Below, in pieces: positions 39,666-48,929 of a DNA stretch of 64,000 bases (position 1 is the stretch's first letter; each line of letters starts with the position of its first letter). The DNA lies in NCBI GenBank assembly GCA_947478955.1, contig CANJXJ010000001.1, positions 53,746 through 117,745 of the forward strand, written 5' to 3'. The translations under genes were made by a program, and so were the position numbers. The stretch is from Alphaproteobacteria bacterium (GTDB taxonomy: Bacteria; Pseudomonadota; Alphaproteobacteria; Paracaedibacterales; CAITNM01). The notes under the pieces are model-generated. The model was not told the DNA's origin and did not search any database. It was given only the letters and a program-made list of their open reading frames with translations.

Positions 39666-40457
39666 ATGACCAGGGATTTTATCTTTTTAAGTGCTTTTCA
39701 AGGCATTGCTGAGTTTCTGCCAATCAGTTCGAATGGCCATCTTGTTGTATTGGAAAAACTCTTTGGCATTACAACTAATGGACTTGAATCCCATGTGGCC
39801 CTACATTTTGGGTCATTGCTGGCCCTGCTTATTTATTTCTTTAAAGACATCTGCTTAATGATTTTTGGCCTTTGGGTTTATGACATCAAAGGATTGAAAA
39901 AACATCCAGGCAAAAGATATCGCGATTTAGCTTGGACACTTTTACTTTCCTCCTTGCCCGCTATGGTTATCGGGTTTTTTATTAAGAAATTTTACGGCTC
40001 AATATCTGAAAGTTTTGTTATTATAGGGACTGCAAGTATCGTATTTGGAATTTTGTTAATCGTAGCAGATTCTAATCCTGTAAAAGATCGCTATGTGACC
40101 TATAAAAGAGGATTTTGTATTGGCATCGCGCAATGTCTTGCCTTTATACCAGGGGCTAGTCGTTCTGGTATGTGTTTAACTGTAGCCAGATTTTTTGGAT
40201 TAAACAGAGTAGAAGCTACTCGATTTTCATTTTTGATGGCTATTCCAATCATATTAGGTGCTTCAACTTTGGTAGCCGTTGACGCGCCCAATCTTGGGGT
40301 ATTATTTACATCCTCACAACTGACTCTTATCGGAATAACAACCGGCTTGGGAATCTTAACGATTCAAACTTTGCTATGGTTTCTGGGAAGATTTAGCTTC
40401 TGCTTTTTTGGTATTTACAGAATCATTTTTGGGATCTTCTTGTTGCTGTTTTTGTAG
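39666..40457 (+). CDS. uppP: Undecaprenyl-diphosphate phosphatase
   Basis: BacA family. Blocks: FQGIAEFLPISSNGHL, PGASRSG, RFSFLMAIP. The C-terminal YRIIFG helix is present. The start abuts the acnA stop. Confidence 0.85.
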   Translation: MTRDFIFLSAFQGIAEFLPISSNGHLVVLEKLFGITTNGLESHVALHFGSLLALLIYFFKDICLMIFGLWVYDIKGLKKHPGKRYRDLAWTLLLSSLPAMVIGFFIKKFYGSISESFVIIGTASIVFGILLIVADSNPVKDRYVTYKRGFCIGIAQCLAFIPGASRSGMCLTVARFFGLNRVEATRFSFLMAIPIILGASTLVAVDAPNLGVLFTSSQLTLIGITTGLGILTIQTLLWFLGRFSFCFFGIYRIIFGIFLLLFL

Positions 40458-41645
40458 TTCATCAAACAATATAGTAATGCTAATTCGCCTGTTTTCAGGT
40501 GCCGTAGGGTCCTTTTTATTAAATGGATCTCTGTCGGAACGGCCATTAACTTCTATAAATCGATTGCTTTTTATATTGCTATCTTCCAAAATTCTACGGG
40601 TAGCATGAGCCCTATCAGATGATAACTCCCAATTTCCATATCCTTTTTTATTGTAGGGTTTTGAGTCAGTATGTCCTGTAATATTAATTTTGTTAGGAAG
40701 ATTCACTAGAATTTTACCTAGGGCTTTTATAATACCTTCTGTAAATTTAACAGGTATTGGGCTGCCACTTTTAAACATTTCATGCGCAGGACTATCAACA
40801 ATTTGAATTCTAATCCCTTCATCTGCTAATTCAACGATAAGATTGTGCTTAAACTTCTTCATTTCTTGGGGTGAATTAAAAGCAGCTTTGATATTATTAT
40901 CGATTTTCTCAATGATTTCTTTTTGTCGTAGTTCTTCTGCTAACACCTTTTCTGAGTCTGTACTTTTCTCGGCTTTTTCAATAGCTGCAAGTTGTTCCTC
41001 TAATTCTTTTTTCGTTAGTTTGGAATTTTTTATTTCGGCATTTTCTACTTGTTTTTCCTGGCTTTTTTTATCATCTTCTTTCATATTTTTTGTTTCAACG
41101 CTAACTTTTCCATGATCCTTGTCATCCATTTTTTTTAGGTCAGCAACATCTTTATCTTCAGGTATTGCGCCCTGCCGTTTTATATGATGTTCAATGTTTG
41201 GTTTATTACTTTCATTTGTATATGTAGTAATCTTGCGAGTGTTATCTTTGTCTCCCATTTGGCTCGGTGCAAAATCATCAGGATATAATTGGATTTTGGG
41301 AGCAGCTTTTTCTTTTAATTTTTGAACGTTTGAATTATAAGTATTTGATTTATTGTTATTATCATTTTCAATTTCCTGTTCGCTATTTCCATTTTGCGGG
41401 GCCGACGTTTCTCCGTCCATCATTCCTGTGCCAGTACTTGCAGATTCCATGTTGATGATGCTGGAGGTAAAGTACTCTGCGATTCCTTTTTTTGTCTCGT
41501 CGGTTGCAACGTTGATAAGCCACATTAGTAAAAAAAAGGCCATCATGGCGGTAACGAAATCAGCATAAGCAATTTTCCACGCCCCCCCATGGGTACGGTG
41601 ATGGGTTTTTTTGTACCTTTTGATAATTATAGGTTGCTCTGACAT
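40374..41645 (-). CDS. motB: Flagellar motor stator protein MotB with an extended charged linker
   Basis: N-terminal GGAWKIAYADFVTAMMAFFLLMWL (MotB TM/plug). C-terminal OmpA-like domain (ITGHTDSKPY, NWELSSDRAHATRRIL, NRRISI). About 185 aa of Lys/Glu/Asp/Asn-rich sequence lies between them. Confidence 0.85.
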   Translation of the reverse strand: MSEQPIIIKRYKKTHHRTHGGAWKIAYADFVTAMMAFFLLMWLINVATDETKKGIAEYFTSSIINMESASTGTGMMDGETSAPQNGNSEQEIENDNNNKSNTYNSNVQKLKEKAAPKIQLYPDDFAPSQMGDKDNTRKITTYTNESNKPNIEHHIKRQGAIPEDKDVADLKKMDDKDHGKVSVETKNMKEDDKKSQEKQVENAEIKNSKLTKKELEEQLAAIEKAEKSTDSEKVLAEELRQKEIIEKIDNNIKAAFNSPQEMKKFKHNLIVELADEGIRIQIVDSPAHEMFKSGSPIPVKFTEGIIKALGKILVNLPNKINITGHTDSKPYNKKGYGNWELSSDRAHATRRILEDSNIKSNRFIEVNGRSDRDPFNKKDPTAPENRRISITILFDELQKQQQEDPKNDSVNTKKAEAKSSQKP

Positions 41646-41648
41646 AGT

Positions 41649-42503
41649 TTACTTTATTTCTTGGGTAGCCTTTTCAAGCTCACTGAAAGAAGGTCTTAAG
41701 AATGGATCAATATTTTTTCTAGCAAACTCTACTGCAATAATGGGAGCCTGACCATTTAAGTAAGCTAGTAATCCTGCGCGAATTACCATTAAATATCCTT
41801 TATCTGCTGCATGAGCTTCTTTTAGAGAATTAGCTACAGGCCCAACGAATCCATATGAAACTAGCACTCCTAAAAATGTTCCAACAAGCGCACCGCCAAT
41901 TAACCGTCCCAAGATTGCGGGCGGTTGATCAATAGATCCCATTGTATGAATAACTCCCAAAACAGCCGCAACAATACCAAGTGCTGGTGTCGCATCTGCT
42001 AGATTTTGTATGGCCCCAGAGATATGGATATTTTGGTTCTCCAATTCATCGAGTTCTTGGTCAATAAGGGTTTCGATTTGATAAGGATTTTCACACCCCA
42101 TGGTCATTATTCGTATGTAGTCACACAAAAAATTAACTGCTCTTATGTTTTTTATAAAGCGAGGAAACTGTTGAAATATAGGGCTTTCGTCAGGGTTATC
42201 TATATGGCTTTCTAAAGACAGCATACCTTTACGGCGAGCAAGTTTAAAAATAGTAAATTGAAGCAATAAGGAATCAAGATAATCTTCTTGAGTGTATGTT
42301 GCACCTTTTCGAGCGATTGTTAATGCATTTCCGATATGACTAAGGGTTTTTCCGGAATTGGAAATAATAAATGAACCAACAGCTGACCCTAAGATAATAA
42401 TAAATTCAGCAGGCTGATATAAGACAGCAAGGTGTCCACCGACTATTAGGTATCCTAATAGAACGCTGGCAAGTACTGTAGCAACACCAATCCAAAAACG
42501 CAC
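41649..42503 (-). CDS. motA: Flagellar motor stator protein MotA
   Basis: 284 aa with 4 TM segments. Conserved C-terminal half: PALGIVAAVLGVIHTMG, GGALVGTFLGVL.SYGF. GTG start. Lies 3 nt upstream of motB. Confidence 0.85.
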   Translation of the reverse strand: MRFWIGVATVLASVLLGYLIVGGHLAVLYQPAEFIIILGSAVGSFIISNSGKTLSHIGNALTIARKGATYTQEDYLDSLLLQFTIFKLARRKGMLSLESHIDNPDESPIFQQFPRFIKNIRAVNFLCDYIRIMTMGCENPYQIETLIDQELDELENQNIHISGAIQNLADATPALGIVAAVLGVIHTMGSIDQPPAILGRLIGGALVGTFLGVLVSYGFVGPVANSLKEAHAADKGYLMVIRAGLLAYLNGQAPIIAVEFARKNIDPFLRPSFSELEKATQEIK

Positions 42504-42568
42504 GCTATAATGTCTACTGTTTTTTTTTAGTATGAATCAAGGTCGTTAATATTTGCCTAATAAATTCA

Positions 42569-43846
42569 TTATACGGCATAACAATGTATTAATTCATTCT
42601 CAATGTAATGAATATCATCAGGATGCAATTGCACACTAATAAAGACGGTTAGATTTTCATCCTTTCTGCTACATACTTGTCCCCGTTGATAGCACCAGGC
42701 AATTAAATCAGAACGGGCACAAGGGATACAAAAATTTTGAAGAGTAAATTGAGGGTTGATATTTTTGATTAACATGTTTTCTAACCGGTCTAACCCTAAG
42801 TGCTTGAGTGCAGAAATGTGAACACAATTCTTGTTTTCAGGGGGGATGTGATCATTAGTTGGTTCGGTTAAAAGATCTATTTTATTAATGACAGTTAAAA
42901 ATTTATTGGTTTCATCTATGTTGATTCCAAGATCATGAAGAATTTTTTCAACCTCAATTTTTTGAAGATGTGTCTCAGGATGGTTAATATCGCGAACATG
43001 TAAAATAATATCAGCTTCAATAACCTCTTCAAGAGTTGCTCTAAAAGCTGCAATTAAAGTGGTAGGAAGATCGGCAATAAAGCCGACAGTATCGGACAGA
43101 ATAATTTTTTGATTATTGGGTAATACCAGCGGGCGCATGGTTGGATCAAGTGTCGCAAACAGCATATCCCGCGCCATTACATTTGAATTAGTTAGAGTAT
43201 TGAAAAGAGTAGATTTTCCAGCGTTCGTATACCCTACTAAGGCGACAATGGGGATCTTATTTTTTTTTCTGGTTTTGCGATGCAGCTGCCTCGTTTTGCG
43301 GATTTTTTCTAAATCCTTTTGAAGATGTAAAATTCTGCCATCAATTAATCGGCGATCCAGCTCAATTTGTTTTTCGCCAGGCCCTCCGGTAAATCCAAAA
43401 CCACCACGTTGACGTTCAAGGTGCGTCCATGACCGTACAAGTCTGCTTCGTTGATATTGTAGCGCAGCTAATTCTACCTGAAGTTTGCCCTCAGCGGTTT
43501 TGGCACGCCTGCCAAATATTTCCAAGATAAGACCGGTACGATCAATGACTTTGGTTTTTAATCGTTGCTCAAGGTTACGATGATGAATCGGTGACAGGGG
43601 ATGGTTAATAATAACAAGGCCGATATTGTTAGCTTGGACTTGTTCGTGGATGATTTGAATGTTTCCTGATCCAAAAAGCGTTGATGAATTAATTTTATTG
43701 ATGCGAATAGTCTGAATATAAACAACGTTAAGGTCTATTGCCAACGCAAGGTTCATTACCTCATCTATTTCAGATTCAACACAGCGTTTGTTTTCATAGG
43801 TTTGAATATGAATAACAGCTACATTTACTATTTTTTTTATAGCCAT
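42569..43846 (-). CDS. hflX: GTPase HflX
   Basis: HflX N-domain (RAKTAEGKLQVELAALQY, GPGEKQIE.DRR). G motifs: GYTNAGKSTLFN, DTVGF, NKIDL. The start overlaps the nuoN stop (TAATG). Confidence 0.88.
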   Translation of the reverse strand: MAIKKIVNVAVIHIQTYENKRCVESEIDEVMNLALAIDLNVVYIQTIRINKINSSTLFGSGNIQIIHEQVQANNIGLVIINHPLSPIHHRNLEQRLKTKVIDRTGLILEIFGRRAKTAEGKLQVELAALQYQRSRLVRSWTHLERQRGGFGFTGGPGEKQIELDRRLIDGRILHLQKDLEKIRKTRQLHRKTRKKNKIPIVALVGYTNAGKSTLFNTLTNSNVMARDMLFATLDPTMRPLVLPNNQKIILSDTVGFIADLPTTLIAAFRATLEEVIEADIILHVRDINHPETHLQKIEVEKILHDLGINIDETNKFLTVINKIDLLTEPTNDHIPPENKNCVHISALKHLGLDRLENMLIKNINPQFTLQNFCIPCARSDLIAWCYQRGQVCSRKDENLTVFISVQLHPDDIHYIENELIHCYAV

Positions 43847-45306
43847 TATTGAAAAAGAATAGATGCTGCCATTACACGAGCAAGGTCTAGCATTTTAGAA
43901 GGAAACATAACAATTCCGCACAAAAGAAGAAAAATAAAGACAGTCATTGTTTTTACAATATATTTTCTTAAAGAATTAGTAGCGGTTATTTTTAAAGTCG
44001 TTTGGTTTAATACAAGAAATTTAAGCACATTTAAATAATACGCAGCGCTAATAACAGAAGTAATAACAGCTATAATTCCTAAGAAATAAGCTGATCGTGT
44101 AATAACACATTCTAAAACATAGATTTTAGCAATGAATCCCGGCAAAGGTGGTATACCTGCTAAGGATAAAATAAACAGACAGAACAAACTTCCAAGGAAG
44201 GGCATGCTGTTCATAATGCCACTAAGATCTTTGATATCATTTATGGGCTTAAAATTTCGTTCAAATATAATGAGCAAAGAAAACACTCCCAACATGCTAA
44301 GCACATAAAAAATCACGTAAATAATGGCTGAACGAAGGCCAAATTCTCCACCCATTGCCGGCCCCATTAAAAGGAATCCCATATTACTAACGGTACTATA
44401 GGCAAGCATTCTTCTAAGGTTTTGTTGGCGAAGCGCTGCTAATGATCCCCAGATCATTGATAAAACAGATAAGCCAACGAAGAGATAGCGCCAGTAAGTA
44501 AACATGCCATGAAAAGGGTAGGTCAATAAGTGAAGTAAGCTGAACACAGTAACAATTTTTGGAATTGTTCCAATAAACAAGGCTATAGGTAAAGGTGCTG
44601 CCTGATAGACGTCAGGAGCCCAAGTGTGGAAAGGCGCTACGGGAAGTTTAAAACATAATCCTATGAGCACGAAAAACATGCCAACTATTGCGCCTGCATG
44701 TTCCAAATCCCGTATGCCTGCCTCAAAGAAATAATAAAGTGAATTAAAGAAATTAGTGCCAGTAAAGCCATAAATTAAGCTCATGCCAAAAAGCATAAGT
44801 CCTGTACTGATAGCGCCGATTGTAAAAAATTTAACAGTTGCTTCACTACTTTGTTGGTTGTCTCTGTCGGCGGCAACTAATAAATATTGGCTTAAATGGC
44901 TCATTTCCAATCCTATAAATAGGGTAAGAAAATGATTAGAGGAAAGAGCTACAGAACCACCAATTACCGAAAATGTTGCAATAAGAAGCCATTCAAATTG
45001 TTTAATATTATATGCTCTTAAAAATGAGAATAAGCAAAAAAGAGCAGCAGCAGAGATAGCATATAGAATAATTTTTGCATAAACAGAAAAGGGAATATGT
45101 ATAAATAAACTGTTCCAAAAAAATTGTTCAGACTTATTTGAAAAAAGTAGCAGAATGCACAAGAATACGAGTCCAAGGATAATCGTTCCAAAAACTAAGC
45201 GTTCTTTTTTTTGCCTAAAGGAGCCAATAATTAAAGAAATAATTGTAGTTATAGATAAAATAAATTCAGGAATAGCTGGGATTGATTTTAAAAGGTTACC
45301 TAGCAT
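43846..45306 (-). CDS. nuoN: NADH-quinone oxidoreductase subunit N
   Basis: 486-aa polytopic antiporter-like subunit. Blocks: FKLPVAPFHTWAPDVYQ, NLRRMLAYSTVSNMG. Follows nuoM with an 11-nt overlap. Confidence 0.88.
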   Translation of the reverse strand: MLGNLLKSIPAIPEFILSITTIISLIIGSFRQKKERLVFGTIILGLVFLCILLLFSNKSEQFFWNSLFIHIPFSVYAKIILYAISAAALFCLFSFLRAYNIKQFEWLLIATFSVIGGSVALSSNHFLTLFIGLEMSHLSQYLLVAADRDNQQSSEATVKFFTIGAISTGLMLFGMSLIYGFTGTNFFNSLYYFFEAGIRDLEHAGAIVGMFFVLIGLCFKLPVAPFHTWAPDVYQAAPLPIALFIGTIPKIVTVFSLLHLLTYPFHGMFTYWRYLFVGLSVLSMIWGSLAALRQQNLRRMLAYSTVSNMGFLLMGPAMGGEFGLRSAIIYVIFYVLSMLGVFSLLIIFERNFKPINDIKDLSGIMNSMPFLGSLFCLFILSLAGIPPLPGFIAKIYVLECVITRSAYFLGIIAVITSVISAAYYLNVLKFLVLNQTTLKITATNSLRKYIVKTMTVFIFLLLCGIVMFPSKMLDLARVMAASILFQ

Positions 45307-46837
45307 GGTTTAGCCTAATTTTACTTTCTATTCGAATAGGTTTCATATTTGTCATGTCGGTGTAGTATTGTCGAATCGTTCTACGAATTGGCGTAATAAC
45401 TGGTTTTGTGTGTATTCCTAATGCCAGTATGCTAAATGTAAGCATAACTAGTACAAGTTTTTCAAAAGGTTTCAAGCTTAAAAGTGAAATATAGTCGCTG
45501 ATGTCTAACCTGGAATCAAGCCCCAACTTAGTAGAGAGCTTTCCATAAAACACTTGCCTTACTAGGTTAAGCATATATGCCGCCCCTAAAACCATCCCCA
45601 TACAAGCAAATACTGTAATAATCGGACGTACTGAAAAGCTATCAAGAAGCACTAAAATTTCGCCCACAAATCCCGATGTGAAAGGAAGCCCAATAGAAGC
45701 AAAGGAAAAAATAATAAACATAAGGCTAAAACCAGGCATTATTTTTAAGAGTCCGCCGTAATGGCTAACCTCACGTGTGTGAAAGCGGTCATAGAGCATT
45801 CCTACCCCAAAAAATAGTGCTGCTGAAATAAGTCCATGGCTAATCATTTGTAGTATTGAACCAATTAAGCCATCAGGTTTAAGGGAAAATATACCCAAGG
45901 TTACAATACCCATATGGGCAATGGATGAGTAGGCTATTAATTTTTTAATATCTGATTGTGCCAGTGCAATTAAAGACGCCCAAATGATTGCGATTACGCT
46001 AAGAATAGAGATGTATGGTGCGAAAAAATGACTGGCGTCAGGAAAAAGCGTAAGACAGAATCGGATCATTCCGTAACCACCCATTTTTAGGAGTACGCCA
46101 GCTAGAAGTACTGACCCCCCGGCTGGTGCTTCCACGTGTGCATCGGGTAGCCAGGTATGTAATGGCCACATGGGAATTTTGATCGTAAATGATGCCATAA
46201 ACGCTAGGAATAAAAATATCTGCAGATGGAAACTAGTATGAAAACCTTGTAATTCAATAAGGCTTGAAGTTTGTGCTTCTGTATAAAGCTTAAGAATAGC
46301 TAATAACATAAAGACAGAGCCAAAAAACGTGTAGAGGAAAAATTTGATCGTAGCGTACACTCTATTCCCTCCTCCCCAAATTCCTATCAAAAAGAACATA
46401 GGAATGAGTACGGCCTCAAAGAATATGTAGAAAATAAATAAATCAGTGGCAGCAAAACTACCAACCATAAACGCCTGAAGCACAAGGCAACATACAGCAT
46501 ATTCGCGTAAGCGTTCCTTAACAGAATACCATGTTCCAAAAATCATCAATGTGGATAACCAAACGGACAAAATAACAAAAAACAAAGAAATACCATCAAT
46601 TCCTAGTTCGAAATCAACTCCTGTGCTTTTTATCCACTGGTATTTTTCACAAAATTGAAATCCTGGATTGTAAAGATCAAAATAAAACCACAATCCACCA
46701 GCCAAAACTGAATTTATACAGCTTGTGAAGCCTGCAATTCGTTTAGCATTTTCGCTATTTTCTTTACGAACAAGCATGCAAACCAGACCTGCTAACAGGG
46801 GTAATATAATCATCAATGATAAAACTGGGATTTTCAC
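45296..46837 (-). CDS. nuoM: NADH-quinone oxidoreductase subunit M
   Basis: 513 aa. Blocks: IKIPMWPLHTWLPDAHVEAP, SDIKKLIAYSSIAHMG. Confidence 0.9.
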   Translation of the reverse strand: MKIPVLSLMIILPLLAGLVCMLVRKENSENAKRIAGFTSCINSVLAGGLWFYFDLYNPGFQFCEKYQWIKSTGVDFELGIDGISLFFVILSVWLSTLMIFGTWYSVKERLREYAVCCLVLQAFMVGSFAATDLFIFYIFFEAVLIPMFFLIGIWGGGNRVYATIKFFLYTFFGSVFMLLAILKLYTEAQTSSLIELQGFHTSFHLQIFLFLAFMASFTIKIPMWPLHTWLPDAHVEAPAGGSVLLAGVLLKMGGYGMIRFCLTLFPDASHFFAPYISILSVIAIIWASLIALAQSDIKKLIAYSSIAHMGIVTLGIFSLKPDGLIGSILQMISHGLISAALFFGVGMLYDRFHTREVSHYGGLLKIMPGFSLMFIIFSFASIGLPFTSGFVGEILVLLDSFSVRPIITVFACMGMVLGAAYMLNLVRQVFYGKLSTKLGLDSRLDISDYISLLSLKPFEKLVLVMLTFSILALGIHTKPVITPIRRTIRQYYTDMTNMKPIRIESKIRLNHAR

Positions 46838-48780
46838 AAACGACCCATAATATACAGTAACATTTTTGATAGATGAGGGAATGATTGCATCGCAAGATAT
46901 ACTCCCAGTATGAGAACAATCCCTAAAATAGCAATGAAACCATAATGGAATAAATACCCCGTTTGCGGTTTTTGCATGTAGCCGCCTAACTTAAGGGATG
47001 CATTCGCAAATCCATCAGGTCCGTATTTATCAATTATGTTTCTATCCACTGCTTTGTAAAGAAAGCTGCCTAATTTTATGAATGGAAGGGCAATCTTGTG
47101 ATAGTAAAATTCATCAATGTAAAACTTGTTTTTTAAAAATTTATGCAGATTGGGAAATTTTTGTGCAACAGCTAATGGAACAAATGGCTTTTGAATGTAC
47201 ATATAATAGCAAAAGAACAGCGCTAAACATGAAAATACAAGGGGAAAGAGTTTTACCCATATAGGAACATGTACGCTAATATTTTCGATAATGTTTTTAT
47301 CCCAAGAAAACCCAAGAGATTGATCAATCAGCAACTTAACCCCTATATAGCCCATTATAACTGACCCAGCAGCCAGTATGTTAATGGGGTATTGCATTAA
47401 TTTACCTGTTTTATGGATGTGGGCAATTACGTGTTCATCAGCCTTGGATTTTCCATGAAACACTAAGAACAACAATCGCCAAGAATATAGCCCTGTAATC
47501 AATGTCAGCAACAAACATAAGCCATAATACACTTGAGCGAAAGGAATTGATGAAAGATAGATAGATTCAAATATTAGATCTTTTGAATAATATCCAGCAA
47601 AAAATGGAAATCCTGTTAGGGCAAGGGTGCCAATAATCATGGTGTAATAACTAGAAGGAAGATACGATTTTAGTCCACCCATTTTAAAAATATTTTGTTC
47701 ATGGGACATGGCATGAATAACCGAGCCTGCACAAAGAAACAGCAGTGCTTTGAAAAAAGCATGGGTAAATAAATGCAAAAAAGCAACAGAATAGGCGCCG
47801 GCTGCACAAGCCATAAACATCATGCCCAATTGGCTGCAGGTTGAATAAGCAATAATTTTTTTTATGTCTGTTTGAGTAAGAGCTACAAAGCCTGCAAAAA
47901 ATCCAGTTGTTAGACCAATAAACATCATGGCTTGCTTTGCAATAGGTGCTAGTTCAAACAAAGGGCTAAATCTGATAATAAGGAAAACACCCGCAGTTAC
48001 CATTGTTGCTGCATGAAGTAAAGCAGACACCGGTGTGGGGGCTTCCATGGCATCAGGTAACCAAGTATGTAAACCGAATTGACCCGATTTTCCCATCGCT
48101 CCAAGAAGTAATAATAAACCTATGATATTTAACCAGTAATCTTTAGGTAAGCATTCTGTTTCTTTTAACAAGGAAAAAAAGTGCTCAAAATCAAGAGTGT
48201 GAAAAAATGTAAATATAGCGCCTAAAGCTAGAACTAGGCCAATGTCCCCGATTCTGTTCATGACAAATGCTTTAATAGATGCTGTGGTGGCAGAAGGTTT
48301 CTCATGCCAGTACCCAATCAATAGGTATGAGGCTAATCCTACACCTTCCCATCCGCAAAATAGCTGAAGCATATTAGGCGCAGATACCAGCACAATCATC
48401 ATGAAAGTGAAAAGATTTAAATGCCCAAAAAAGCTTAACTTATCTGGTTCATCACGCATGTATCCAACTGAATATATGTGCACAAGCAACGAAATAAACG
48501 AAACGATCAGTATCATTAATGTGCTTAAAGAATCAAAGAGGAAACCCCAATTGACTCGGATCGTTTCTGCTTTTATCCATGTAAAAAGATGAACCGAGCC
48601 AGAAATTTCAGATTTAGCGATCTTATAAAAAAGTACGCAACCGCTCAAAAAACAAATGCCAATAGCATTTACGCAAATCCATTGTCCTGCTTTTCGATTA
48701 TTGTGGGCCATGATGTAGGCAAAAATTGCCCCTAAAAATGGTGCCCCTAAACACAAACATCCCAGCTGAAAAGAATTCAT
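46834..48780 (-). CDS. nuoL: NADH-quinone oxidoreductase subunit L
   Basis: 648 aa. Blocks: CGWEGVGLASYLLIGYW, GKSGQFGLHTWLPDAMEAPTPVSALLHAATMV, TDIKKIIAYSTCSQLG. Confidence 0.9.
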   Translation of the reverse strand: MNSFQLGCLCLGAPFLGAIFAYIMAHNNRKAGQWICVNAIGICFLSGCVLFYKIAKSEISGSVHLFTWIKAETIRVNWGFLFDSLSTLMILIVSFISLLVHIYSVGYMRDEPDKLSFFGHLNLFTFMMIVLVSAPNMLQLFCGWEGVGLASYLLIGYWHEKPSATTASIKAFVMNRIGDIGLVLALGAIFTFFHTLDFEHFFSLLKETECLPKDYWLNIIGLLLLLGAMGKSGQFGLHTWLPDAMEAPTPVSALLHAATMVTAGVFLIIRFSPLFELAPIAKQAMMFIGLTTGFFAGFVALTQTDIKKIIAYSTCSQLGMMFMACAAGAYSVAFLHLFTHAFFKALLFLCAGSVIHAMSHEQNIFKMGGLKSYLPSSYYTMIIGTLALTGFPFFAGYYSKDLIFESIYLSSIPFAQVYYGLCLLLTLITGLYSWRLLFLVFHGKSKADEHVIAHIHKTGKLMQYPINILAAGSVIMGYIGVKLLIDQSLGFSWDKNIIENISVHVPIWVKLFPLVFSCLALFFCYYMYIQKPFVPLAVAQKFPNLHKFLKNKFYIDEFYYHKIALPFIKLGSFLYKAVDRNIIDKYGPDGFANASLKLGGYMQKPQTGYLFHYGFIAILGIVLILGVYLAMQSFPHLSKMLLYIMGRL

Positions 48781-48846
48781 CTGCAGTTAACTTAATTTTA
48801 CAATTCAATCTTATGCTTAATTTTACGCAAATGCTAGTAAAAGGGG

Positions 48847-48871
48847 CTTAGGGTAATCATTTTACCCTAAG
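48847..48871 (-). terminator. Candidate terminator hairpin between the exported-protein gene and nuoL
   Basis: Perfect 10-bp stem CTTAGGGTAA-tcatt-TTACCCTAAG. On the minus strand it is followed by GCCCCTTTT. Confidence 0.45.
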
Positions 48872-48929
48872 ATTATTAGAAAAACAGCAATCTTTTCAAT
48901 GGCTATCTGAAAAACGTTTAAAGGTTCAA

